Below are positions 39,295 to 49,177 of a DNA stretch of 64,000 nucleotides, piece by piece. This stretch comes from a virus (taxonomy: Duplodnaviria; Caudoviricetes): IMG/VR virus record IMGVR_UViG_3300042905_004154, positions 1,217 to 65,216 of that record, one strand, 5' to 3'. The notes beneath the pieces were generated by a model, which was not told the origin of the DNA, did not search any database, and saw nothing but the letters and a program-made list of their open reading frames with translations. A program made the translations under genes and the position numbers. Position 1 is the first letter of the stretch. Every line of letters begins with the position of its first letter.

Positions 39295-42092
39295 TGCCGT
39301 ACAACTTCACGCGCGCGACGAAGAGCGGCAACGCGAAGTTCATCTTTCTGCCTCCGGCCCTCCGCTTCGAGCTCGGCGGCGAGGTCGCGCACTTCACTCC
39401 GGCCGGCGATGGCTGCTCGCTCGGCTGCTGTGGCCGCATCACGCTCAGCCTTGATCCGGTCAGCCTTGGCGCCCTCGACGGCGGCGAGGCCTGCCTCTTC
39501 CAACTCGGTGCCAAGGTCGCGAGCCTCACGGCGGGCCACGGTGCCGGAGCGCTCCGCCGCGGCAGCCTTCCTCTCGCGCTCAGCCTTCGCAGCCGCAACA
39601 GCGCCGGCGCCGGCGCCCTCCAACTCGCGCTCATGCTCCGCCAGTTCTCGACGCGCCACGATAGCGGAACTCTCTGCACCCCGAGTTGCCGCAGCGTCTG
39701 CCTTCATCCGCTCCCCACGAACGGCATCCACCGCTGCGAGGCCCGGCTCCTCCAACTCCCGCCCGAGGGCGCGCACGGCCGCCCGATCTCGCATTCCCTT
39801 GATGATCTCCGCATCCCGCTTCGCCTTCTCGGCGTCGACTGCCCAGCGACCGGCGATAGCGAGGTCTTGTCCCTCGGCCTCCACGTCAGCCATCGTGATC
39901 TTGGCCGCCTGCTCCGCCTTCTCAGCCGCCACTGCGCCAGGTGCCGGGCGCTCCTCTGGCACCGTGGCGAAGTCGTCCACCACGCCATCCAGCGGGGATG
40001 GGCCCATCTTCCGGCGCGCGATGACCTTCGCACGGTCCGCGTCCTTCATGTACGCCTTCTCGTCCTTCTTGAACGCGGGCGAGTCCGTGACGGCTGATCG
40101 GTCGTTCGGGTCTTCGTACACGATGCCGCGCTCGGCTGCGTCCCGCTCGTGCATCCGGCGGGGGACCGCACTGCGCTCCTCTCGGCTCATCGGCGCGTCC
40201 GCGTAGAACTCGGCCTCGTCCTTCTTGAACGTGGGCGAGCCCGTGACGGGGGGGGACTCGTCGCCATCCCGATAGAGAGCCGTGGGGGTGCGCGGCCCGA
40301 TCCTCACGGGCGGCTCGTCCTTGGGCGCCATCTCGGCCATGATCTGCCCCGTGGGCCGACCCTCTTCGCCGCGCTCGCCGAACCCGTCTGGGTCGTTCGA
40401 CTTGTCGGTCGTCTTCGGCCGCTCCGCGACCGCCTTCGTCCGATCCACGACATCGTCCGCTTCCGGCAAGTCCTCTGGCTTGATGTCCGGCTTCTGCTTC
40501 GCGTACCCCGCGTACTTCAGCGAGGACACGTCGCTGTCGACCTGCCACGCCGCATCGGCGTTCGCGCGGCGCAGGGTGACGATCGACCCGTCCGGCTGTC
40601 GGATGTGGGCGACCGTGTCGGGGTCTTCACCATAGGTCGGCAGGCGCCGCTTGCCGGCGATGACCACCTTCGGGGGGAGGGGCATCAACAGGTCTTCGGC
40701 TTCCGGGGTGAACGATTCGTTGTTCAGGTCGATGGGCCCACCCTCGAGGATCGCACCCTTGCTGAGCGGAGCCATGCCCTTGAACCCGAGGGGGCGGGGG
40801 GCCGCCTCCGTCTCTCCAGCCTCCACGTCTGCCGTTCGCTTCGCATCGGCGGCGTACCGCTCCTCGAGCGACTTCGACAGCCAGCGTCCGGCCGCGTCCT
40901 TCGCGGGGGTCGTGGTGCCCGCCGCGAGGTCGAGGTACTCCACGCTGCCGTTCGGGTTGACGGCCCACACCGACATCAACTTCTTGTCGTTGATGCCACT
41001 GCTCACGAACATCTGCGGGCCAGAGTTCCCGCCAACCACCTCCACCTCGTCCTCGAAGTCGCCGCCGAACCGGTTGACCGAGTGCTTCATGCCGCGCTGC
41101 CGGATGATCTCCAGCAGCATCCGGTCCGTGTCCTTGCCGGGAACGAAGCCATTGCTCTCCAGCGAGCCGAGGTCGCCGAACCCGTGCTCCTTCGCCCACC
41201 GACGCAGGCCAGGGCGCTTCACCATGTCGCCGATCTCGTCGTCGGTCAGCCCGTACCAGCGACCTTCCTTCACCGTGGCTACGTCGCCACCGGCCACCCC
41301 CGCCATGAGCTCGGAGAGCTCCTTCTCCAAGGCGCTCGGAGCGCTGTCCGGCCGAATGACATCGTCCGCCGTGATGTTGGTCGCGAGGATCGCGTCGTTC
41401 TTGATCTTCTCGAGGTCCGGCTTCGTGAGGCTCCCCGTCTCGATCTTGGAGATCAACGCCATGTTCGCGGAGTCGTCCCGGCCCTCCTGCGTGATGCCGT
41501 CGAGGTAGGCCTGCCACGCTTCCTCACCGATGAGTTCGCGCAACTGCTCCGGCTTCCACAGCCCGAGGTCGAGGACGTGCTGGGTGAGCCACGGCCGCTG
41601 CTTGGAGTCAAGCGGAAGCGCCGCCGTGTCCATGAGGTTGGTGAGGATCGTGGGCTTGGACGCAAAGGCATTGGTATAGGAGCCGGGGTCGCCAGCGTTC
41701 TGGTCTGCGCTCTGGCCGGTCTTCTTGATCCAGTCGCGGAACAGCGCCTCGCCGCTCGCCATCTTCTTCCCTGCGGCGCCCGCGCCCGACGCGGCGCGCA
41801 TCGCTGTGGCGAGCAACCGCTTGTCGGCGTTCGACAGGCTCACCTCGCCCGCCGAGTAGCGGTCGTAGATTTTCTGGATCACATCTGCGCGCTTCCGGGC
41901 GGCCTTTCCCTCCTCCTCGAAGCGGCGCTCCCACTCCTTGATGTCGGCCGCCTCGCGGCTCTTCTCCAAGACGGAGCGGTACTCCACGAGGCTGCGGAGG
42001 ATCGCCACCATGTCCTTCGGCTCGGCGCTCGACAGCATCGACTGCATCTGCGCCTTGAAGCCAGAGGCGGGCATCGTTTCAGGGGTGGCCAT
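39291..42092 (-). CDS. Putative internal virion/ejection protein
   Basis: 933 aa, Ala/charged helical, internal repeats; between nozzle-region genes and the giant protein. Confidence 0.6.
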   Translation of the reverse strand: MATPETMPASGFKAQMQSMLSSAEPKDMVAILRSLVEYRSVLEKSREAADIKEWERRFEEEGKAARKRADVIQKIYDRYSAGEVSLSNADKRLLATAMRAASGAGAAGKKMASGEALFRDWIKKTGQSADQNAGDPGSYTNAFASKPTILTNLMDTAALPLDSKQRPWLTQHVLDLGLWKPEQLRELIGEEAWQAYLDGITQEGRDDSANMALISKIETGSLTKPDLEKIKNDAILATNITADDVIRPDSAPSALEKELSELMAGVAGGDVATVKEGRWYGLTDDEIGDMVKRPGLRRWAKEHGFGDLGSLESNGFVPGKDTDRMLLEIIRQRGMKHSVNRFGGDFEDEVEVVGGNSGPQMFVSSGINDKKLMSVWAVNPNGSVEYLDLAAGTTTPAKDAAGRWLSKSLEERYAADAKRTADVEAGETEAAPRPLGFKGMAPLSKGAILEGGPIDLNNESFTPEAEDLLMPLPPKVVIAGKRRLPTYGEDPDTVAHIRQPDGSIVTLRRANADAAWQVDSDVSSLKYAGYAKQKPDIKPEDLPEADDVVDRTKAVAERPKTTDKSNDPDGFGERGEEGRPTGQIMAEMAPKDEPPVRIGPRTPTALYRDGDESPPVTGSPTFKKDEAEFYADAPMSREERSAVPRRMHERDAAERGIVYEDPNDRSAVTDSPAFKKDEKAYMKDADRAKVIARRKMGPSPLDGVVDDFATVPEERPAPGAVAAEKAEQAAKITMADVEAEGQDLAIAGRWAVDAEKAKRDAEIIKGMRDRAAVRALGRELEEPGLAAVDAVRGERMKADAAATRGAESSAIVARRELAEHERELEGAGAGAVAAAKAERERKAAAAERSGTVARREARDLGTELEEAGLAAVEGAKADRIKAERDAATAAERAAIAGRSEVRDLAAELEAEGRRQKDELRVAALRRAREVVRQ

Positions 42093-42637
42093 TACTTCCC
42101 CTTCTGCTTGTTGAGGTAGTCCAACTCCGACCCCTTCGCGGACGGGGCCTTGATCGCACCCGTCGCCTCGCCTGCCGCTTCTTCGATCGGCTTGAACACG
42201 CTCGCCACATCGGCCTGCGTCTGCTCAGCCCGCTTCGTGACCCGGCCGAGCGCGTCCAACTTCAGTTGCCGCGCCGACTGTGCCGCCATGCTCTCCACCC
42301 CGGCCCGCGTGCTGCCGGCCGTCTTCTCTGCATCGCCGGCGATCTTCTGCCCGGAGAGGTCCGCGGTGCCGAACCCGCGAGCCGCGCTCTGGCGGGCCGA
42401 CTCTGCGCGCTGAGCCTGCGCCTGGTTGCGGGCGAGCTGGACCGCGTCCTGCGTCATCTGCTCCTTCTGCCCGCGGGTCGGCCCGAACTCGTTGCGCTTC
42501 AGAGCGTCGATGTCGGCGGTCGCTTGGCGGTCCTCGGCCTGGCCCTCGGCGGACAGCTTGCGCGCCACGATGCCGCCGAGCGCCCCAACGGTGCCGGCGC
42601 CTGCCTTGACTGCAGATGCGATGAGGAGAGGATTCAT
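42092..42637 (-). CDS. Putative small ejection (pilot-like) protein
   Basis: N-terminal Gly/Ala hydrophobic segment then Gln/Ala coiled coil. Confidence 0.55.
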   Translation of the reverse strand: MNPLLIASAVKAGAGTVGALGGIVARKLSAEGQAEDRQATADIDALKRNEFGPTRGQKEQMTQDAVQLARNQAQAQRAESARQSAARGFGTADLSGQKIAGDAEKTAGSTRAGVESMAAQSARQLKLDALGRVTKRAEQTQADVASVFKPIEEAAGEATGAIKAPSAKGSELDYLNKQKGK

Positions 42638-42653
42638 GGTGGCCCCTACGGTA

Positions 42654-43409
42654 TCACGGGAGAGAGACGATGGACGCCGCCCGAATCCCGAAACGGATGC
42701 GGTGCATGAGACTGTGGTTCACCGTGGCCACGCCCCCGTCGTACAGCGGGTAGATTTTCTCCACGCCGGTGTTCGGGATGATGAGCAGGCCGAGCGCGAC
42801 ATCGTGCCACCCCTCATCGAGGGCGTTCCGACAGTCCACGAGGTCGTAGTGCTGCGTCATCACGCTCTCGCGCGTGTAGAACGAGGCGGCGGCGCCCGTG
42901 AAGTTGGATGGATACCACGTCGTCGGGAGCGAGCGACGGGAGTGGGCCACCATCTCCCCATCCACGAACATGGCAACGTACATGTCGGGCCCGTTGTCCA
43001 GCTCGGCGTCCTGCGGCTCCGGCGAGGTGGCCTGCCGCACCCGAAAGTTCGACGCGAACGCCGAGACGTGGAACAGATTGGTGGCCCCGCTGCCCCACGG
43101 GATGTACATGCGCCTCGCGCAGCCGGGGAGCATGACGAAGGCGGCCTCGGAGTAGGTGGGCGAGAACACCAGTTGATACCAGTCCTGCGTCTGCCGATCT
43201 CCGCCCCACTCCGCCCTGAACCCCTCGAACTGCCGAATGTGGCGGGCGTCGACCTGCTCTCCGAGGGCGAAGTTCGCGTCCTGAATGTGCCCGTTGAGCT
43301 CGCCGTAGATGCTGATGCCGTTGGTGCTCGACCACATGTCGGTGTTCCACCCGGCGGTGTTGAACGCGAGTGCGTTCGTCGGGATGTACCCCAGAGTGAT
43401 GTCGGCCAC
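42654..43409 (-). CDS. Putative tail structural protein
   Basis: Late operon; ELNGHI motif resembles RLNEHN in the upstream gene. Confidence 0.55.
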   Translation of the reverse strand: MADITLGYIPTNALAFNTAGWNTDMWSSTNGISIYGELNGHIQDANFALGEQVDARHIRQFEGFRAEWGGDRQTQDWYQLVFSPTYSEAAFVMLPGCARRMYIPWGSGATNLFHVSAFASNFRVRQATSPEPQDAELDNGPDMYVAMFVDGEMVAHSRRSLPTTWYPSNFTGAAASFYTRESVMTQHYDLVDCRNALDEGWHDVALGLLIIPNTGVEKIYPLYDGGVATVNHSLMHRIRFGIRAASIVSLP

Positions 43410-43416
43410 GGCGCAC

Positions 43417-44952
43417 CTACGGGTAGAAGAGGATGACGAAGAGCGACCCCCGGTCCCACTCGATCGATCCCGCGTGCCACGCGGAGATCAGCAACCGGAC
43501 GTAGTCCACCGGGCCGCCTGCAGGGGGGGCGCTCCGGAAGTCGTAGTAGCTCAAGATTGGCATGTCGGTGTCGCACCGGTTGATCGACCACGTCTGTTCG
43601 TCCACGGCGGGAATACCGCTGAAATAGGCATTGCTGTTGTTCGTCCACACCTGGTCAGGCGGGTCGAGCGACGTGGCTCCACCGGAGTAGGTCAGGCCCG
43701 CGCCCAGCACCGCGTAGTGGCACGGCAGGCGGTCGACCGCTGATGCCGGGGTCACGACGCTCGAGTTCACCCTTCGCAGACTCACGTTGCCGAGAATGAG
43801 CATGAACGCGGGGTTGTTGGTGAAGTTCCAGAACCCGGAACCGTCGTTCAACTTCACCCGGAGACTCGTACCGGCCCCGTCGTCCACGAGGCTCCAGTCG
43901 CCCGCGCCCACCACGCCAAGGTTGCCCCACCCCGGATACAGCCGACTCGTGGTCGCCCCGGTCGTGATCCGCGCCTCCTTCAACTCGCGTGTCTGCGTTC
44001 GCGTCATGTGCTCGCGCCGGAGCCCGCCGCGGAGAATGGCGTCCGCCGGGAGCGCGTTCGCCGCGGTCACGATCGGCTGAAGTTGGCTCGTGTTGGTGTT
44101 CGCAGCGTTGAACGCATCGCCGTCGACCGGGTACGTCACCGACACGGGCGCCGAGTCCTGCGCGTCGGCCCCGCCGAGCTTTTGCTCCACCACCAGCATC
44201 CGGCGGTTGTAGACGTACACGTCCGGCGGCGCAGACCCTACGGCGCCGAGCGGCGGGTCGTCGTTGATCACGCGCCGGGCCACCAACTCCACGGTGTTTG
44301 CCCCAGACGGTAGTTTGATATTGCACTGAATCCGCATCGCGCGGACCGGCCATGACATCGCGCCGGCGCCCCGCAAGGACTGGTAGTCGATGCTCTTCAC
44401 GTCGACAGTGCTGACGATCGGGGTCAGCGGCCGCATGGGACGCGGGGCCGGGTCGTCTGGGCGCTCAGTGCCAGTGATCGTGTCGTCCGCAACGGTGCCG
44501 TTGATGCGGATCGCGAACTGAATCCGAGCCTTGTCCCGTGCCGAGTCGCCGAGCGTGAAGCCGAAGACCGACTTGTACTGGATTCCGTAGTAGAAGCCAG
44601 TGAGGCACCACGCGACGTGATCTCCGGTGGTGTACTCCACCGTGATGTCGCTCACGGCTTGCCAACCACCGGAGTCCTCGATCTTGAAGGCGTTGGGGTC
44701 GGCGGCGTCGGGGTAGTCGGGGTTCGTCGCGTTCGTGTCGATGCCTCCGTCCACGCTGACCGACTCGTAGTGGAAGTCGTAGAGGAACGACGGTGCGAAC
44801 CGGGTGGTGGCCACAAGGTCGTTCTCCACGACGTTGTGCTCGTTCAGTCGCCCCGCGAACTCCTGCGCGGCGCCGGCGATGGCCTCCCGAAACAGGCGCG
44901 GGTCTGGCGGGTCGCGGTCGGTCAGCTTGCGCTTCGGCTGTCGGTATCCCAT
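43417..44952 (-). CDS. Putative tail structural protein
   Basis: 511 aa beta-rich; late operon. Confidence 0.55.
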   Translation of the reverse strand: MGYRQPKRKLTDRDPPDPRLFREAIAGAAQEFAGRLNEHNVVENDLVATTRFAPSFLYDFHYESVSVDGGIDTNATNPDYPDAADPNAFKIEDSGGWQAVSDITVEYTTGDHVAWCLTGFYYGIQYKSVFGFTLGDSARDKARIQFAIRINGTVADDTITGTERPDDPAPRPMRPLTPIVSTVDVKSIDYQSLRGAGAMSWPVRAMRIQCNIKLPSGANTVELVARRVINDDPPLGAVGSAPPDVYVYNRRMLVVEQKLGGADAQDSAPVSVTYPVDGDAFNAANTNTSQLQPIVTAANALPADAILRGGLRREHMTRTQTRELKEARITTGATTSRLYPGWGNLGVVGAGDWSLVDDGAGTSLRVKLNDGSGFWNFTNNPAFMLILGNVSLRRVNSSVVTPASAVDRLPCHYAVLGAGLTYSGGATSLDPPDQVWTNNSNAYFSGIPAVDEQTWSINRCDTDMPILSYYDFRSAPPAGGPVDYVRLLISAWHAGSIEWDRGSLFVILFYP

Positions 44953-44960
44953 CGTCCCTC

Positions 44961-47087
44961 CTACGACACGGTGCGGGTGGGGCCGGGGATGCGGCTCGCT
45001 TCGTCACCGATCGGCTCCGCGATGATCGCGAACCCGAGCAGGTTCATGCGCCGTCCCGCCGCGATCGACAGCGAGAAGTAGAACCCGGTGGTGGTGGTCA
45101 CGTCGATCTTCACGCTTCTCCATACCACGGCTGGGTCGCGGTAGTACGCCTCGGCCGCGTTCAGCGTGACCTCCCCGAGCGCCCAAGTCGTCCCGAAGTC
45201 CTGCCCAACCAACTCCGCGGTGTAGCTGACCCGGTTCGCCGTCGGCGACGTGCCCACCTTCCGGCTCGTCTTCCACACCGTGACCGTCAGGCCAGGGTCG
45301 TCCGTCCGGCCGTCCGACTCGAGGAACCCGATCAGCAACTCCCGAACGCGGAACGGGGTGCGCCCCTCCTTGTCGTAGCGAATCTCGACGCTCTCGTAGA
45401 GGCTCGCCGCGCCCACCGCGCCCGAGATGAAGGAGGGGCTGTCCCAGACCATCACGTTCTCTGACCCGCCCGCAGGCGCGGCTACCGCGCACAGGAGCGT
45501 CCCCGCGTAGCCAGAGCATGCGTGGAACGCGAGCACCTGCTTCTCGGCATCGTACTCGCGCCACCCATCGGTCCGAATGTCGTAGGAAAGCACGGTCGTG
45601 TTCGTCGCCGAGTTGATCGGCACCGCCAGCAGGTAGTTGCCGGTGGCCGGGTCGACTGCGCCCGCGATGAGGCCGGCGACCGATACGTTCAACTTCGCCA
45701 ACTTGTCGAGGATGTCCTCTCCGATCTCAGTGGTGCTCGTGCCGTCGTGCATGTAGGCCGAGGTGCGGGACAGCCATGCCATCTTGCCGTTCGGCAGAAT
45801 CTGCACCGATTGCGGGGCCACGCACCCCACCGAGAACACGGGCTCGGGCTCGGGCAGCCCAGAAACGCCGATGCGGAAGCGGAACACCTCGCGGTCGGTC
45901 AGGACGTAGCAGTAGCCGGCGAACGCCCGCAGCCCGGTCACCTCCGACCCGCCGGGGGCGATGACGTAGCAGTTCTCCTCAAACGTCCCGATGGCGTTCG
46001 GCTGGCTGATGCGGACCATGGATGCGTTCGACGCGAGGTTGCCCACCACGAGGCGCCCTTGGTACTCACAGGCCACTTGGAACGGCTCGACCGGCACCAC
46101 CTTCGTGGGCACGTCGCCCGCGAGCACGGTGCCGTCGCTCGCACTGTCCGAGTACCCGAAGGACTGCCGCCCCTCGATCCGACTCAGCAGGTGGAGCTCG
46201 CCGTCGCTGTGAAGGGTGTCCGTGGTCCGGTACAGACGGACCGCCTTCACGTTCTCCTCCCCCACGTCGATGCCGCGAAGGAAGAAGCCCCGCTGCAGCA
46301 TGTCGAGGTGGTTTCTGCGCGTGTAGAGGACCGCGCCGGCGGTGGGCGAGACGTAGCCGCACGACTGCTCCACGATCGTCGCGGCGTTGCTGATCGGCGA
46401 CAGGGGCGACAGGTTCCCCCACGGGTCTTCCCACTGCACTGCGTAGAAGTGGCACGACGCGAGTAGCGACCCGTCCTCCCCGTTGAACTGGCTCACCGTG
46501 CCGATGTTGCCGGGCACCGAGTAGCCCGACCAGTTGGGGGGCACGCTGCCCGCGCCGGCGCCGATCGAACCACCGCCCGACGTGACCGTGTCCCCCAGCC
46601 CAGGGCTCGGTGAGAGCGCGACGGGCGCGCTCGGACCTTGATCGAACCCCAGCGGCAGAACGACCCGCCCGTCGGTCCTGCAGTCGATGATCAGGGGGCG
46701 GTTGATGCCGTCGCACCACACCACGAGGCCGTTGATGGGCACGAACACATCGGGGTAGCGCGGGTTCGCGTCGTAGACGAGCCCGAGCTTGAGTGCGGAC
46801 CACGACCGATCCCACCCCTGATGTCGAAGGATCGCCGTAGCCTTCCGGATGAGGGTGACTTGGTTCGCGCCGCCGAACGTCTCCACATGGCAGATGCCAC
46901 TGACCGGGTCCGTGAACGAGATGGCCCTCGGCTCGAAGGTCGACAGTCCTCGCCACGTCTCGAGCGACCCCTCAACCGTTCGGTTCAGGTTCACGATCCG
47001 GCGCGCAATGGAGTCCGGCTGGTAGAGCACGCCCGACTGGAACAGGCTCAGCCCGAGGCCTCTGACGCGGCGGTCCCCGACGCCCAC
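44961..47087 (-). CDS. Putative tail nozzle / DNA-stabilisation (P22 gp10-like) protein
   Basis: Beta-propeller-like; GCVAPQSV, YQGRLVVG, GNLSPLSP and RLYRT motifs; follows adaptor. Confidence 0.6.
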   Translation of the reverse strand: MGVGDRRVRGLGLSLFQSGVLYQPDSIARRIVNLNRTVEGSLETWRGLSTFEPRAISFTDPVSGICHVETFGGANQVTLIRKATAILRHQGWDRSWSALKLGLVYDANPRYPDVFVPINGLVVWCDGINRPLIIDCRTDGRVVLPLGFDQGPSAPVALSPSPGLGDTVTSGGGSIGAGAGSVPPNWSGYSVPGNIGTVSQFNGEDGSLLASCHFYAVQWEDPWGNLSPLSPISNAATIVEQSCGYVSPTAGAVLYTRRNHLDMLQRGFFLRGIDVGEENVKAVRLYRTTDTLHSDGELHLLSRIEGRQSFGYSDSASDGTVLAGDVPTKVVPVEPFQVACEYQGRLVVGNLASNASMVRISQPNAIGTFEENCYVIAPGGSEVTGLRAFAGYCYVLTDREVFRFRIGVSGLPEPEPVFSVGCVAPQSVQILPNGKMAWLSRTSAYMHDGTSTTEIGEDILDKLAKLNVSVAGLIAGAVDPATGNYLLAVPINSATNTTVLSYDIRTDGWREYDAEKQVLAFHACSGYAGTLLCAVAAPAGGSENVMVWDSPSFISGAVGAASLYESVEIRYDKEGRTPFRVRELLIGFLESDGRTDDPGLTVTVWKTSRKVGTSPTANRVSYTAELVGQDFGTTWALGEVTLNAAEAYYRDPAVVWRSVKIDVTTTTGFYFSLSIAAGRRMNLLGFAIIAEPIGDEASRIPGPTRTVS

Positions 47088-48520
47088 TACAACCTCGCCT
47101 GCGGCCAGCCCGTGTTGGCGCCGCCACCGTCCCACGCTTCACGCGGCACGATGCCGGTCGGGTTCGCATGCCTCGACCGGTACTTCTCGAGCACCTCGGC
47201 CGCCTTCGCCTCGTAGAGCTCCGCCGTCTTCACGTCCTTGTCGTGCCGCGCGATGTAGGCCACGAGGTAGAAGGTCAGCGCGTCCTCGCACGACGGCACG
47301 ATCCGAGGGCTGTCGTTGCCGTTGAGCAGCGGGGCCGGGCGACGGGTGGCCCGGAGCTGGTACTCCATCGCCTGCTCGTCCGTCGGCAGCGGCCACATCG
47401 ACCACCCGTAGTACCCGTGGATGTCGTTCAGTCGGATCGTGTAGTCCGGCACGATCGAGCCGTTGTCGGTGTACGAGGTCGTGATGTCGTCCACGTCGGC
47501 GAGGAACTGGAAGACGTTGGGGTACTCGATCGACGGGTTCGACCCGCCCGTCGTGCTGATCCGACGGCGGTAGAGCCGCTTCTTCCACCCGCTCTTCCCG
47601 TAGCGCAAGGTTCCGCTGTCGCCGTAGTTGAGCTGCCACGCCACGTTCGGCAGCGTGAGGACCACCACCTCGCCTGCGTTCGTGATCGTCGCAGAGGCCG
47701 AGGTCGGCGAGGCGCTGGACTCGAACAGGGGGATGTAGCCCCCAGACGGGGACTTCCGGTCCGCCTCCTGGTAGCCCCAGATGTAGGTGAAGCAGTACTC
47801 GAACTCGCCCCACGGCTCGTCGCCCCACGCGCCCTGCTCTTCCTCCACCGCCACCAACGGAGCGATGTTCGGCGACGGGTGCTGGTAGTGGTTCTCGCGG
47901 CGGAGCTCGTCAGGGTAGCCCCACTCCCGGCTGTTCTGGTTGCTCCACTGGTCGTGGAAGATGGCGGTGCCGATGGGCGTGGTGGTGAGCGGGCTCCCGT
48001 TGCTCCCGAAGCGCTGCCCGAGGAGCACCTCCTCGTAGTCGTCGCGCAGCCACAGGTAGGGGACGTGGAGGCGGTAGTTCGCGTTGGACAGCGCAGTGAG
48101 CGTCCACGGCCGGTCGATCGACACATACCGGTTCGTGCCGCCGACCGTCCAGAACTCGCGGCACTGCCCGCGCCACAGGCTCCCGTCCGGCAGCGTGATC
48201 TCGAGCCAGTACGCGCCGTTCCACGTTCCGTTCTCCACCGGGGCGAAACTGGACGTGGCGAGCGGGGAGAACTCCAAGACGAAGGGGTCGGCCGTCCCGC
48301 TGATGGTCGAGTCGACCGCCTCGCCCGTGCCTGAGACGTAGCTGGCCGGCAGCGTGCGCCGAATCTCGTCAGGGTAGAGCGCCGTTGGGCACTCGCTGCC
48401 CACCCGCTTGTAGGCGTCCCCGGTGAACCGCACGCACAGAGCCGTGAAGACCGGGTCCGTCACGTCCCAGTTGAGGATGTCCTTCGCCGCCTGAATGAAC
48501 TCGGTGCGATTCTTCGCCAT
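47087..48520 (-). CDS. Putative head-tail adaptor with inserted beta domain
   Basis: Helical N- and C-termini (WPLP...DSPRIVPSCEDALTFY) with ESSASP/RLYRR insert. Confidence 0.55.
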   Translation of the reverse strand: MAKNRTEFIQAAKDILNWDVTDPVFTALCVRFTGDAYKRVGSECPTALYPDEIRRTLPASYVSGTGEAVDSTISGTADPFVLEFSPLATSSFAPVENGTWNGAYWLEITLPDGSLWRGQCREFWTVGGTNRYVSIDRPWTLTALSNANYRLHVPYLWLRDDYEEVLLGQRFGSNGSPLTTTPIGTAIFHDQWSNQNSREWGYPDELRRENHYQHPSPNIAPLVAVEEEQGAWGDEPWGEFEYCFTYIWGYQEADRKSPSGGYIPLFESSASPTSASATITNAGEVVVLTLPNVAWQLNYGDSGTLRYGKSGWKKRLYRRRISTTGGSNPSIEYPNVFQFLADVDDITTSYTDNGSIVPDYTIRLNDIHGYYGWSMWPLPTDEQAMEYQLRATRRPAPLLNGNDSPRIVPSCEDALTFYLVAYIARHDKDVKTAELYEAKAAEVLEKYRSRHANPTGIVPREAWDGGGANTGWPQARL

Positions 48521-48597
48521 TGACTCCCCCTAACCGACGAAGGCCGCACCGAGTCACCCCGATGCGGCCTCCACTGTGGCGCGAGTGCCGCGTTGGC

Positions 48598-49113
48598 TCA
48601 GGCGATGTCGAGCATCACGAAGCCCTGCGTGCCCGAGTCATCGGTCAGCGCGTAGGCGAAGGCGGCCGAGAGCTTGGTGGCGCTCGCGGTGGGGTCCACG
48701 GTGTAGACGGCGCCGGCCGTGGTGGTGCCGTAGCTTCCGATCGCGGCGCCGGCCGCCACGCTGCCGTCGGTCACGACCGCGCTGTTGTAGCCCTTGATCT
48801 GGACCCAGCCGTAGGAGCCGGCGGGGATGGCGCTGGCCGCCACACCGAGCAGTTTGCCGGCCCACACGTCGGTCGTGGCACACACGATGCCGGTGCCGGC
48901 GCTCGCCGTCGCCGCCTTGCGCTGGATGAGGTTGCCAGCCGCAAACGCGGTGGAGGCCTCGCCGTTCTTGACGTAGCGGTAGAGCTTGCCACCAGAGGTA
49001 GCGCTCGTCCCGTCGCCGTCGCTGGGCACCTCCCGCTCGGTGCCGAGCGGGTAGTTCTGGGTGGTGCTGTATTCGGTGACGGCTTCGAGCCATGCGGCGC
49101 GAGAGATTGCCAT
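48598..49113 (-). CDS. Putative capsid decoration/cement protein
   Basis: YPLGT...YRYVK...GVAASAIPAGSYGWVQIKG directly after the MCP. Confidence 0.65.
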   Translation of the reverse strand: MAISRAAWLEAVTEYSTTQNYPLGTEREVPSDGDGTSATSGGKLYRYVKNGEASTAFAAGNLIQRKAATASAGTGIVCATTDVWAGKLLGVAASAIPAGSYGWVQIKGYNSAVVTDGSVAAGAAIGSYGTTTAGAVYTVDPTASATKLSAAFAYALTDDSGTQGFVMLDIA

Positions 49114-49177
49114 GGGAGACTCCTGAGAAGTTGCTGAAGGGAAGGGGGGAAGGGCCGTTTCCGGCCCCGCCCTTGGG

